Assembly: GCA_002269645.1 (NCBI GenBank)
Contig: NIVC01002041.1
Span: forward strand, 62,001-126,000
Length of the DNA stretch: 64,000 nt
Direction of reading: 5' to 3'
Origin: Macrostomum lignano
Taxonomy: Eukaryota
This document shows positions 40,167 to 52,878 of the stretch, one piece after another; the first letter of the stretch is position 1; every line of letters begins with the position of its first letter. The position numbers and the translations under genes are program-made. Below the pieces are notes generated by a model. The model ran no database searches. It was not told the origin of the DNA and saw nothing but the letters and a program-made list of their open reading frames with translations.

Positions 40167-43100
40167 ATGCCTGCTAAGATAGAAGTCAACCCTGAGAAGG
40201 TAATTGACAATCTATGTGCTTAGATGAATTGGAAACTATAAATACTTTGGGAGTTTACTGTGTCTCTTACATATATTATATGCAATTCCTTCAAACAATT
40301 GATTTCTTTAAAAAGTAAACTTCATACTTATTGGGCTATAGACATTTACCTAGTTTTTCAATCTGACCATTGCAAAACAGAAACTTTTTCCTATTGTTTA
40401 CCATTGCCCTTGTCTGAAGATTTTTTCATAGATTTGGGTTTAATTCTGACATTTTTAGGGTACTATTTTTAGTATAGTGGATGAAAGACATGCTCATACT
40501 TCCAAAAAATTATGCACACGCAAAGCATTAATAAATTAAATTTACACCTATTTCTTTTTTCTTATCGCTTGTTTTTTCACCTGAGAATTGCCTTGAAGCT
40601 ACCAACAAAGTCTCTTCGAAGCTGCTATTAGACTCTCCTTGAAGCTGGTATTAGAATATCCTTGAAGCTGGTATTAGAATTTCCCAGAAGCTGCTATTAG
40701 AATCTCCTTGAAGCTGGTATTAGAATCTCCCAGAAGCTACTAATAGAATCTCCCATGCCCATGCCTTCGCCCATCCCAGGCAAAGCTATTCGAGTCAGTC
40801 ATCTGGCTGGTCTCCAAGGCGTCGCCAGAGTTCGCCTCATCAGCCGACACTTCAGCGTGGGACTCGGCCGCCCAGGGCCCGTCGGCTGCCGTGGCCGCCG
40901 GCCTGACCAGCGGCCGGCTGTACGTGGCCGCCTGTCGCCGCCTGCTGCCGGGCGTCGCTTGTGCCGATCACGCCGGCGTCCTCGCCTGCCTTCGGGTGCG
41001 CGGATTCGCCGAACTGCTTCATGTCGACGTTGACGAAAGCAACGCCAACGAGAAGGGCGACTGTCGGCGGCGACCGGTGGAGCCTGATGATCTGACGCAC
41101 GAATGGGACGCTGAGCATGAGGTAATGATTGACTGTTACTCAGATGCCCGGGCTGAGCAGAATTACTGTTGTAAAGGGGAATTTTTCGTTTGCCGAGACT
41201 GTCAAAGGGGAATTGTTCGTGTGCAAAGACTGTCAAAGGGGAATTGTTCGTGTGTAGAGACTGTCAAAGGGGAATCGTTGGGTGTGCAGACACTGTCAAA
41301 AGGGAATTCTTGGGTGTGTAGAGACTGTCAAGGGGGAATTGTTCGTGTGCAAAGACTGTCAAAGGGGAACTGTTCGTGTGCAGAGACTGTCAAAGGGGAA
41401 TTGTTTGTGTGCAGAGACTGTCAAAGGGGAACTGTTCGTGTGCAGAGTCTGTCAAAGGGGAATTGTTCGTGTGTGCAGAGACTGTCAAAGGGGAATTGTT
41501 GGGTGTGCAGAGACTGTCAAAGGGGAATTCTTGGGTATGTAGAGACTGTCAAAGGGGAATTGTTTGTTTGCCGAGACTGTCAAAGGGGAATTGTTCGTGT
41601 GCAGAGACTGTCACAGGGGAATTGTTCGTGTGCAAAGACTGTCAAAGGGGAATTGTTTATGTGTGCAGAGACTGTCAAAGGGGAATCGTTGGGTGTTCAG
41701 AGACTGTCAAAGGGGAATTGTTCGTGTGTAGAGACTGTCAAAGGGGAATCGTTGGGTGTGCAGACACTGTCAAAGGGGAATTGTTCGTGTGCAGAGACTG
41801 TCAAAGGGGAATTGTTCGTGTGTAGAGACTGTCAAAGGGGAATTGTTCGTGTGTAGAGACTGTCAAAGGGGAATTGTTCGTGTGCAGAGACTGTCAAAGG
41901 GAATGAAGTCTATCTAAGACTTTTATGATCCATTTTGGGTGCAGCAAGTGTGAGTGTGCGAGTGCGCAAGCAAAGTGTGGGCGGTTTCTGTGTCATGTAC
42001 ATGTAATTATCTATCAAGCCAGCTTTGAACAAATATGGCAGTTTGTTTAGCGAATATTTGGTTGACTTACAAAATTACATACAGTTATTAACAAACATAG
42101 TTATCAAAGTCAATGCAATTACGAGCTATTTTGTTATACTGTTATCTTTCACACCCTTCGCCCAAATATAATATATATATATGTATATATATATAATCGT
42201 ACAACTAACGAAATATTCGTATATTTCAATTTCGCGTCTGTACTATTCCAATTAAGTATATGCATATAAACTCCTATGTATAGTGTATATTATTAAGCTA
42301 GTTAGCTCCTCAACATGAGACAAGACAGCAGCTGGTTCTCTCGGGCTTTTGCACTCCTCCGGTTTCAGCCCTGCCTTCGTTTCCTCTTGAGCTTCAATAA
42401 GATTGCGCACAGGGGATTAATACCCTGTACCCTTCCCTCTCCGCATGGTTATGGGGGTTAATTTCTTCGTAAAATTTTACTTTTGATTTATAGCATATTG
42501 AGCCGGGTGCTAGAAATTATTGGTAAGCTGCAACGCTTTGTACTAGGACAGACAAAGCGCGTCTTATCACAGCGGAATGAACCAGGAGCTTAGTTGCGTA
42601 CTAACCGCAGTCAACACTGCTTAACTTGCAGATAGTAGCGCCGAATGCGCTAGACAAGCCAGAACTTAAGAAGCCAAATAAATACTGTACTATAATAATT
42701 ATGCTAATTCTCATTGCAGGCCGCTCATGTTGCTTTAATTGACGCCCTGATGGCCGCGCACAGCAGGCACTGTGCCAGCCCGTCTCTGATTGGCCAGGCG
42801 CTGTCTGCCGCTCTGGGCCCCGCTGACCAATCAGAGGCGGCCGCGACAGCCCGGGCCGCCTCGACGCCGGATGCGCTAGCGATCTGGCTGCGTCGGATCA
42901 GCGACGCCGCCTATTGCAAAGCGACCGGCGCCGACACGGCCGAGGCAGCTCAGCTGGACGACTCCGCCAGGTTGCTGCTGCTGGCTGACTTCTACTATCA
43001 ACCTGGCGACCTGACTGACAAGTCGCTGTCGAAGCCATGGCAACAATCGGCGCCAGATAATTACCGTAGGCTGGCCCGGATCTGCGCCGACGCCGGCTTG

Positions 43101-46100
43101 TCGACGCCGATCCCGCGGCCGGAGCACCTGACGGCGCCGGCGACGCCCCGACTGGCCAGCAACGTCAGCTGCCTGTTGGCCGAAATGTTCGCCCGACTGG
43201 CCGTGCCGACTCTGAGCATTGCAGTCGCAGAGCCTGAGGCAGTCGACAATGTCGACGCACCGTCTGATGGGCGCGGCGGCGGCGGTGGCGGCGGCGCAAC
43301 GACAACTTGGCTGGATTTTGCGCGCAAATCCGCTTTGGCAGCGGCCGCAACTACGGCGCCAGCGAACAACAACGACGGCGACGACAGCGTCGGGGGCGGC
43401 ATCGCAGGCGCGGATCTTCGCGCTCAGATGGAGCTGAGACGGCGCCAAATTGAAGCCAGCCGACAGCGCCGCCAACAGCAGCGCCTGGCGCGCGGCGCCG
43501 ACCGGGGCAGCCAGCAGCAGCTGGACCAGCTGGACAGCGGGCTGGCGGGCCTGCAGGCCGACATCCGGCGGCTGCAGCGACAGCAGGACGCCGTCAGCGG
43601 CACGGTGCAGCGGAACCTGCTGCGCAACAGCCGGCAGTTGTCGGCCAGCCTGTCGGTGCTGGACTCGTCAACTAAGCGGGTGGCCAAGCCGCGCTTCCGG
43701 CCGGAGCTCTTCGCCGAGTGGCGCGCCGAGGACCCGGCGGAGTCGCAGGTACAGCTGCCGCAGTCGCCGAAAACTCCTTCGGCTAAAAGCGGCCCAGGCG
43801 GTCCCGTTACGAAAAATCGAGTGCCTTCGGCCTCGGCCACGACGGCCGCTTCAAGACGGTCTGCGAATCACCAGCAGGACCAGCAAAAGCAGCAGCCCGC
43901 TGTCAGGCGTAGCGGGGTTGGAGGAGGCGGAAGCGGAAGCAGCATTTTCAAGCCGCCGCCAAGCGTGGAGACGCTTCACAGCAAACGGCCGACTCCGACC
44001 AGACAGTCGCGAGTTCGACCCACGTCGGAATTAATTTTCCCTTCTCCGCAGGCCAACAAACCGGACCGGGCCAACGACGGGGCTGCCAGTGTTGCGAGGC
44101 CGTTAAAGAAGGCGGCTCCGAAAAAAAAGTTACCTAAAAATTCTTTTGAAACTCAGGAAAATTCGCAGCAGATTCCGAAACAGCAGATTCCGCAGCAGCA
44201 GATTCCACAGCAGCAGGTTCTGCAGCAGCAGATTCCGCAGCAGCAGATTCCACAACAGCAGGTTCCGCAACAGCAGGTTCTGCAGCAGCAGGTTTCACAG
44301 CAGCAGGTTCCGCAACAGCTGATTCCGCAGCAGCAGGTTCCACAGCAGCAGATTCCGCAACAGCAGATTCCACAGCAGCAGACTCCGCAGCAGCAGACTC
44401 CACAACAGCAGATTCCACAGCAGCAGACTCCGCAGCAGCAGGTTCCACAGCAGCAGACTCCGCAGCAGCAGGTTCCACAGCAGCAGATTCCGCAACAGCA
44501 GACTCCACAACAGCAGATTCCACAGCAGCAGGCTCCGCAGCAGCAGATTCCACAGAAGCAGATTCCACAGAAGCAGATTCCACAGCAGCAGATTCCGCAG
44601 CAGCAGATTCCGCAGCAGCAGATTCCGCAGCAGCAGGTTCCGCAGCAGCAGATTCCGCAGCAGCAGATTCCACAGCAGCAGATTCCGCAGCAGCAGATTC
44701 CGCAGCAGTCAGCATCACATGCGCCTCACAGCCCTGGTCAACTTGACGAGCAGCAGCCAGAGAGCTTGGATGGCGCAGCTGCCGCCGCTGCCCCTCTGAC
44801 GCAGTCCCAGGACTCAGCGAGCCTCAAATTCGCCGCGACGTCGCCCCGGTCGGCGAGAGAGTCGTCCGGCTCGTCATCCGCGTCCCGGCGCAGCTCCTTC
44901 GCGGCCATGGCAGCCGCTGCTTCGGCTGCCGCGTCGGCGCGGGGAGACGGCGGTGGCGGCGGCGGCTTTGAAGTCTCTGGCGACGGTGGCGGCTCGCAGC
45001 AGCCGCTGGTTGTGGGCAAGTTTCGCTTCCACCAGCCTGAGGTGGCCTCTTCTTCACAGACTGGCGCTCAGGTGAGAGCAGTTTGATTATATTTGTGAGA
45101 TTGATTTATGATTTATGAAATTAAGGGGTCAGTGAGGCTGTTGCTCTTGTGGAACATCATTTTGGTAATGAAATATCGCAAACTTATCTGGTTATTCAAC
45201 AATCTTACTAGTACAATACATTCTGTGTTTCTTTTAATTAATAAAAATTGCAAGCAGCGCGTCTTCATCTTGACGCTGACATCGGCTTCTGTGCCCAGTT
45301 CGCTTCAAGTTTTAGAAGTGAGAAGATGCTTGGAATAAACAATGGCAGCGTTTTGTTTATTTAATAATTTATCTAGGTAGCTCTCAGATTTACTGTCGTT
45401 GCACTGGCGGCTTCTTAACAGAAAACATTTATGCATAAATAAGCAATAGCAAAGCACAAGCAATGGCGTATGCTTCAACATAGATCTCAGTTATTTTATT
45501 TATTTATTTTTTAGGTTGCTAATTGCTTCTATTAACCAAGTGTAGTACTCGTAATTGTATTTCAATGTACAATGTTCAACGTATTTCGCTTTAATGCCAA
45601 AGCTGGTATGTCGCAAGTTCCAATTGCACTTTTGGACACCTCGGAGCTATCTCAATTATCCCTAATCCCAAATGTCCCAGCACGAAGGGCTTACAGTATA
45701 TTATCTATATACCCCAATCGTCCCAAAACAGTCCCAATTATCCCAAAACAGTCCCAATTATCCCAAAACAGTCCCAATTATCCCCAGACAGTCCCAATTA
45801 TCCCCAAACAGTCCCAAGTATCCCAAAACAGTCCCAATTATCCCCAGACAGTCCCAATTATCCCAAAACAGTCCCAATTATCCCCAGACAGTCCCAATTA
45901 TCCCAAAACAGTCCCAATTATCCCCAGACAGTCCCAATTATCCCAAAACAGTCCCAATTATCCCCAGACAGTCCCAATTATCTCAAAACAGTCCCAATTA
46001 TCCCAAAACAGTCCCAAGTATCCCAAAACAGTCCCAATTGTCGCAAAATTTGCGTTTAACTCTCGCATCCCACCAAACTCGAATCCCAGGTGGCGCAGCC

Positions 46101-46270
46101 CCCGACGACAGAGACCGCCAATGACGGCGCCGCAGCGGCGTCGCCGCAGTTTCGCTTCAGCTTCGGCGACGTCGCCGCTCCAGCCGCTGCTCCAACTGCC
46201 GCAGCCGCTGCTCATGTCTTGCATCCGGATCCCCCGGCAACTCCTGGGGAAAATTCGTTTTACCTGGCCA

Positions 46271-46313
<43 letters not shown>

Positions 46314-48280
46314 ATCGCCAGTGTCTCCCGGTGGCAGCAGCTTCTTTGTGCGGCTGGATCAACCGGCAGTGCGTCAGCGGGTTCGACGCCGCACCAACTC
46401 TTCCACCCTGGAACCGGAAGTGGAACCAATTGAGGAAGCGGAAGCGGAATCGAAATTGGAAAACGAAGACGCTGATGCTGCCGATGCAGAAGAATCGGGA
46501 TTGGAAGCGGAGCAACCGGAAGCTGGCAACGGTCAGGCTGGAGCCGCTGGCACCGCTTTTGAAGTGGTGATGGATGAACCGCAGCTGGAGCCCAGCCAGG
46601 CCGACAAGGTCAAACTGCGATTGCAGGTGAGCCTCCGTTCCATTAGAATTCGACTGCATATGACTGCCATTGACCAGGGGCATGGAGGGCCGCGCCCCCC
46701 AATAGGCTGGCAGACATGCGCCCCTTGGTGCTGGCGCCCCTTGGTGCTGGCGCCCCTTGGTGCTGGCGCCCCTTGGTGCTGGCGCCCCTTGGTGCTGGCG
46801 CCCCTTGGTGCTGGCGCCCCTTGGTGCTGGCGCCCCTTGGTGGTGCTGGCGCCCCTTGGTGGTGCTGGCGCCCCTTGGTGCTGGCGCCCCTTGGTGCTGG
46901 CGCCCCTTGGTGCTGGCGCCCCTTGGTGCTGGCGCCCCTTGGTGCTGGCGCCCCTTGGTGGTGCTGGCGCCCCTTGGTGCTGGCGCCCCTTGGTGCTGCC
47001 CTACGCGACAGCCCTAATCGAAAAATCTTGGGTGCATTCAAAGTACAAAAAATAATAAGTAGTAAGCAAAGCCGATTTGAAAATTATCATCTATAAGTTA
47101 AGCAGGGCTAGCAGCGGTTAGTACTTAGTACAGGGCGTGCGACTCCGAGATTGATTAACTTAATTGAAGGCCGGTTGGGCGGATTTCCAGGAAAAGTTAG
47201 TTTTATTTATAAAATCGCCAATGCTCTACTGTTAGTAGGTAAATTTTTTAGTTTTCTTAGAAAATGTTTTTCGGTGAAAAAAATAGCGGCTGGCAGATTG
47301 GTTATTTATGATTTTTGAATCCATTGACTTTTTGCAAAGCTTTTTTGTAAGAAAAATAGAAATCTTATTTAAATTTAACTTCAATGTCGCCACCGCCTCT
47401 ACCGACCGTCGGTTTCTAGCAACGCGGCGCCGAGCGACGCGCCGAGATGGCACGCCAGCGCGAGGAAAAGCGCCGCTCGGACGTGGCCGAACGCGAGGCC
47501 GCCGAACGTCGGCGGGCCGAGGAGCGCCAGAAGCGCTGCCAGGAGCTCGCCAAGTCCCGGGCCGCCGCCACTCGCAAGCAGCAGCAACTGCAGCCGCGTC
47601 GCCGCATCGACACGGCGTCGACTTCGTCCACCGTGACCCCGGCAGCGAATGAGGATGAGTCGAAGCCGACGGGCCGGCAGCGGCCGCTCAGCCTCATTCA
47701 GGCCAGTCCGCAGCAGCCGCCTCCGTCGCCGTCGCCCCGCCGTCCGGCCGTTTTCAGCAGCGGTAGAAAACTGTCGGCGTCGTCTGCTCGCCGCTCGGTC
47801 TCGGCCGCTCACCTGGCCGACTCGTCTGAGCAGCAGCAGCAGCCGCAGCAGCCATCCGTGCGGCTGTTCGTCCAGCCCACGGAGAAGTCAAACCGAGCGG
47901 TCATTCACAATGCCATCAGCCACTGTTGCTTGGCCGGTCCCGTGAACGCGCCGGCGAAAACAGCTGTTATAGCCGAGCTGGCCGCCTCCCAGTCGCTGCA
48001 CTTCATGCTGCTGTTTCGCGACGCCAAGTGCCACTACCTGGGCCTGTACAGCTACGACCAGGAGGGCGACCGGCTGCTCTCACTGGCTGGCCGAGGCCCC
48101 GCCGAGATTCGACACGACATGGTGGCGTCATTTTATAAATACAATTCCGGTGGCAAGAGGTTTACCGAGATTCGCTCTACTAGCCATTTATCGCCGGCTA
48201 TTGACGCCGTGGTGCTGCAGGACCGGTTCTTGCTGAGGCCATCGGCATCTTCGGCTAGGACTGCCAATGCCAACAGTTGA
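40167..48280 (+). CDS. CAMSAP: CAMSAP/Patronin microtubule minus-end protein. Exons: 40167-40199 (tentative), 40780-41121, 42720-45071, 46090-46626, 47420-48280
   Basis: All junctions are phase-0 GT-AG. N-terminal AKLFESVIWLVSKA...LTSGRLYVAAC and AAHVALIDALMAAH; CH-like LLLLADFYY...LAEMF; coiled coils MELRRRQIEA and LDQLDSGLAGLQADIRRLQRQQ; C-terminal CKK domain KSNRAVIHNAISHCCLAGPVN...HFMLLFRDAKC...FYKYNSGGKRF. The first exon (MPAKIEVNPEK) is lower confidence. Confidence 0.9.
40610..40755. repeat. ~21-22-bp minisatellite (GAAGCTGGTATTAGAATCTCC)n just before a CAMSAP acceptor
   Basis: About 6 copies. Confidence 0.85.
41170..41905. repeat. ~31-33-bp minisatellite (GAGACTGTCAAAGGGGAATTGTTCGTGTGCA)n in a CAMSAP intron
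   Basis: About 23 copies following the donor at 41122. Confidence 0.95.
44161..44709 (+). repeat. Coding 15-bp tandem repeat encoding (QQ[I/V/T/A]PQ)n inside a CAMSAP exon
   Basis: About 36 units in frame within ORF 42714-45086, with no stops. Confidence 0.85.
45715..46045. repeat. 20-bp minisatellite (CAGTCCCAATTATCCCAAAA)n in a CAMSAP intron
   Basis: About 16 copies. Confidence 0.95.
46720..47000. repeat. 16-bp minisatellite (GGTGCTGGCGCCCCTT)n in a CAMSAP intron
   Basis: About 16 copies, some with an extra GGT. Confidence 0.95.
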
Positions 48281-48370
48281 TGTGTAAGAATTCTCACGAT
48301 TTTGCGCCTAAATAGTTTTTAGCTAACTACAAGAAACGTGATTTTATCGTCATGAGATACTGGGTTTTTT

Positions 48371-49701
48371 GGGTCCCATTTCATCGATTCAGAACGGAGC
48401 CCCGATAACCCCGTCTGATAACTGGGAGCAGGGGGACTAGGCCCAACCACCCCATTTTGTCCAGAGCCAAAGCCCCGATAACACCGTCTGATAATTGGGG
48501 GCAGGGGAAGCCAGACCTAACCACCCCATTTTGTCCAGGGTCGGAACCCCGATAACCCCGTCTGATAACTGGGAGCAGGGGGACTAGGCCCAACCACCCT
48601 ATTTTGTCCAGGGCCGGAGCCCTAAAATTCCCAGCCTGATAATTGGGGGCAGGGGAGGCCAGGCCCAACCACCCCATTTTGTCCAGGGCCAGAGGCTCGA
48701 AAACCCTGCTTGAGATATAGCTTTAATTGACAAATCATCAATGTTCTACTGTAAGTAGGCAAATTCGATTGCGTATTTTAAATTAATCTTTTTCAGAGTC
48801 TCGCTCACGCTCTCGGACCGCCGGTTTATGCGAAGTCTTAATTAAAAAGTTGTACGTAATGCTTAGATATTTATAGACGGACAATTAACTGATGCTGTAT
48901 TCATAACTATATTTATTATTTTAGCATTCGCTTACCTCAGTGTTGAAAGATATGTAGACTTTCTAAATTTATATTCTGTGCTTGCAGTATTTTTTGTTAA
49001 AATATTTTAGAAAAGAGCAAATTGGCATTGGCAGTTAGATTTGTGCGGCAGCTGTGTTCACTTACTGCATCATTTTGCTTTTTCTTCCGGCTACAAGCTG
49101 CCTATCTGCCCCCAGCTTCCACAGTCACTCTTTGTCTTTTTGTCTCTCTGCTCAGTTGGGAATGCTCGGTTGACATTCTTTATTCAAAATGCACTAATTA
49201 AATTCCGCCTTGAAAATATTCTGATGGATAGACAATACCCTTGCTACATGCTATGTGTTTGGTTTTTATAAATAAATGAAATGTTCAGTGTGAAGCAAAC
49301 AGTCTTACAGGCTGTACTATTAGATCAAAAAGGCCCCACAGTAAGGACTAGAGAAGCTTAGAGCTATCTTTTTTTGAAATTAAAAACTGCATATGAATTG
49401 GTTTGTCGTGTCTGGTCACCCCTGCCACCCCATTAGGCGGGGTTATCGGGGCTCCGACCCTGGACAAAACGGGGTGGTTGGGCCTGGCCTCCCCTGCCTC
49501 CAATTATCAGGCTGGGAATTTCGGGGCTCCGGCCCTGGACAAAACGGGGTGGTTGGGCCTGGCCTCCCCTGCCCCCAATTATCAGGCGGGGTTATCGGGG
49601 CTCCGACCCTGGACGAAATGGGGTGGTTGGGCCTGGCCTCCCCTGCCACCAATTATCAGGCTGGGTTATCGGGGCTCTGACCCTGGACAAAATTGGGACT
49701 C
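48371..49701. mobile_element. Foldback/MITE-like element: inverted arms (~48371-48710 and ~49415-49701), each made of ~78-bp tandem units
   Basis: GCCCCGATAACCCCG..TGATAA(C/T)TGGG..CCCAACCACCCCATTTTGTCCAGGG on the left is reverse-complemented on the right. The interior is ~700 bp, AT-rich and non-coding. Confidence 0.75.
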
Positions 49702-50667
49702 AACCAGGTATAGGTAAAATCAGTTTCCATGTTAGTTTAAAGTTTATGCCTCGCATCTCAGCATACTCTGTAGACTTGTGTTGCCTTCGTTCCTAAAGCC
49801 TTCGATTAATATTTGATTTTGTACTTTTAGTTGATCTTAGACACAATTTTGTCTACCCGCCCTCTTGGGCACTGACAGATTCTACGGCACATTGATTTCA
49901 CACATACTACTCGTACAATTCCATTTAGCTGTCCGTTTTTACAAAGTTTGTTCAGCTAGCCTCGGAATTCCTTTCTATACTCTCAGTGCCTCACCTGATT
50001 TTCAATACTCGGACTTGAGTTCTATTTTTTGGTTTGTTTGATTTTCTACCAACTTCCTTCGTCTTCTGCCTACTAAATAGAGCACGGAAATATTAATCTG
50101 CGATAATAAGAACCAGCGGCCTTTGTAACTCTCTTTAGTAAGTTTATTTTTTGTCCACTTTATCCTTTTGTTTGTTAGGTGTTTTACTATTGCTCGCTAA
50201 GCCTTTGGTTATTTATTATTTATTTCACATAGGACATAGCTATATACCTGCCTTTCATTTGGTTCCAGTCTGTAGACTTGTTTTCCATTCTATATTTTTT
50301 ACATTGTGTCCTGCTCAATACGGGTGATTTTGCGTTACGCTCGTAGTTAGATCTGTGCGTTAAGCTTTTTTGCTCATTTTTCAATATTTTTGTTGACCAA
50401 CTCACGATTTTACTGATTTAAAAGTGACTCAAAATGGAGAGTTATGTTCTGACTTATTTGTCAATTGGGATTTTTTTATTCTGTCACAAACACAGTTGAA
50501 TTTCTCTCTCTAGTCTTAGCTGGAAAGTTATTTACTCAACATATCGTCAGTCGCCTAATTCCACTCCACTAGGGCCTTAAGTAGGATAAAGGATTTTAGC
50601 ACCTACTGTCTACAGTTTCATCTTAACATCGCTTCTTAGCCCGATCAAGTGAAGAATCCCCGTTCGC

Positions 50668-51876
50668 TGCAAGGCAGCCACTGCCACAACTGCACTCGAC
50701 CATAGACAGACAATACAGCCAATCAAAGCCACTGCCACAGAACTGCACTCGACCATAGACAGACAATACAGCCAATCAAAGCCACTGCCACAGAACTGCA
50801 CTCGACCATAGACAGACAATACAGCCAATCAAAGCCACTGCCACAGAACTGCACTCGACCATAGACAGACAATACAGCCAATCAAAGCCACTGCCACAGA
50901 ACTGCACTCGACCATAGACAGACAATACAGCCAATCAAAGCCACTGCCACAGAACTGCACTCGACCATAGACAGACAATACAGCCAATCAAAGCCACTGC
51001 CACAGAACCGCACTCGGCCATAGACAATATAGCCAATCAAAGCCACTGCCACAGAACTGCACTCGACCATAGACAGACAATACAGCCAATCAAAGCCACT
51101 GCCACAGAACCGCACTCGACCATAGACAGACAATACAGCCAATCAAAGCCACTGCCACAGAACCGCACTCGGCCATAGACAATAGAGCCAATCAAAGCCA
51201 CTGCCACAGAACTGCACTCGACCATAGACAGACAATACAGCCAATCAAAGCCACTGCCACAGAACCGCACTCGACCATAGACAATAGAGCCAATCAAAGC
51301 CACTGCCACAGAACCGCACTCGGCCATAGACAATAGAGCCAATCAAAGCCACTGCCACAGAACCGCACTCGGCCATAGACAATAGAGCCAATCAAAGCCA
51401 CTGCCACAGAACCGCACTCGGCCATAGACAATAGAGCCAATCAAAGCCACTGCCACAGAACCGCACTCGGCCATAGACAATAGAGCCAATCAAAGCCACT
51501 GCCACAGAACCGCACTCGGCCATAGACAATAGAGCCAATCAAAGCCACTGCCACAGAACCGCACTAGGCCATAGACAATAGAGCCAATCAAAGCCACTGC
51601 CACAGAACCGCACTCGGCCATAGACAATAGAGCCAATCAAAGCCACTGCCACAGAACCGCACTCGGCCATAGCCAATCAAGCGGACAGCTCGCAATTCCA
51701 AGCTGCACTCTCCCGCAGGCTGCAAGCCAAGTCAGCTGTTTTAAGGCTCTGCTCTCTGGTTAAAAGATAATTAAGTAGAGAACTTTATTTCCAAACTTAG
51801 TTCCGATTTTTAATGCAATTATCAATTGGATTGGCTAGGGTGCCGAGTGCAGTTCCGTGGCAGTGGCTGCCGTGCA
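50668..51876. mobile_element. MITE-like TIR element whose left subterminal unit has expanded into a 49-53-bp satellite (50680-51675)
   Basis: Left TGCAAGGCAGCCACTGCCAC and right GTGGCAGTGGCTGCCGTGCA are 19/20 inverted matches. About 19 tandem units AGCCAATCAAAGCCACTGCCACAGAACCGCACTCGGCCATAGACAATAG. Confidence 0.75.
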
Positions 51877-52878
51877 TAGTAAGTACATAAGTACACATGT
51901 ACTACTGCAATGTACTTTGTCTTCCTATATAATTAACAATCTCGCTGCATACTTTATAAACGCAGCAATTTCTTCCCAATCATTCGAAGCTCTGCGTGTA
52001 AATAAGAAAATTTGCTAGCCAGGTTTTGCTCTATTTAATTTTTAAAGTTGTTATTATATTTATTGCAGTATGCTGGACAGCGGTGCTGATTCGGGCTATT
52101 GTTTACTCTTAACTCTATATAGGCAACACTTGTGCATCATACTATTAAAAAACCAGCGAGCACGCATCTTATGTAGATATTTCCTCAGTGCTTTTCTCCC
52201 AAAATTCCCAACACAGCCTGGTGCTGGCACCAGTAGTATTTCAGGCTAGATTTAAGCGATCGATAAAAAAATAGTTTTTTTCATTTCATTTTAACAAATT
52301 GTTCGTTCCACCCGCATCCAGTCTTCATTGTTTTCGATACTGCTGAGCTGTCGCACTAAATTCCCGAGCTGTGTTATTGTGCTGCTAGTTATAAACCTAC
52401 GCTAATACTCGTAAACCTGAGTTCCGTTTAGTAGATGTAAAAATGTAGGTTTCCTATTTTTTATCAAATATTGTAAGAACAATTTGGCGCTATATAGCGT
52501 TTAAGGTTCCGACTCTATGACTAATAATATATCGCAGTATGCTTTACAATACGAAACTGCATACTAAAATTGAGCAAAACCGTCTTTGTTAAGCAGACAG
52601 CTGAGTCAAAGTCCAAACCTGAGCGTGGGACTGAAAATCGTACTAATAATGTACATAGTAGCTTGGCTTTATTTTTTGCAGCATATGAAACACTACGAGG
52701 TTTGGTAGTGTATCATATTAAACTTGGATTTTTCGAACTTTGGTTGGGGTGCATTGGGGGGTTAACTGGAAGAGAGAACTCCAGGCAACGGCCAAAGCCA
52801 CGAGCGGCGCTAGCCGCGAGTGGAAATTTGGCCGTTGCCTGGAGTTCTCTCTTCCAGTTAACTTCATTGCAGGAAATA

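Noticed and set aside
41122-41905. Cys-rich extension of ORF 40891-41856
   Set aside because: Lies after a clear GT donor at 41122; intronic 31-bp satellite read-through
45572-46089. SQLSQNSPNYP repeat ORF
   Set aside because: Intronic 20-bp satellite; the true exon starts at 46090 in another frame
46627-47055. WCWRPLVLAPLGAGAP repeat tail of ORF 46090-47055
   Set aside because: Intronic 16-bp satellite after the donor at 46627
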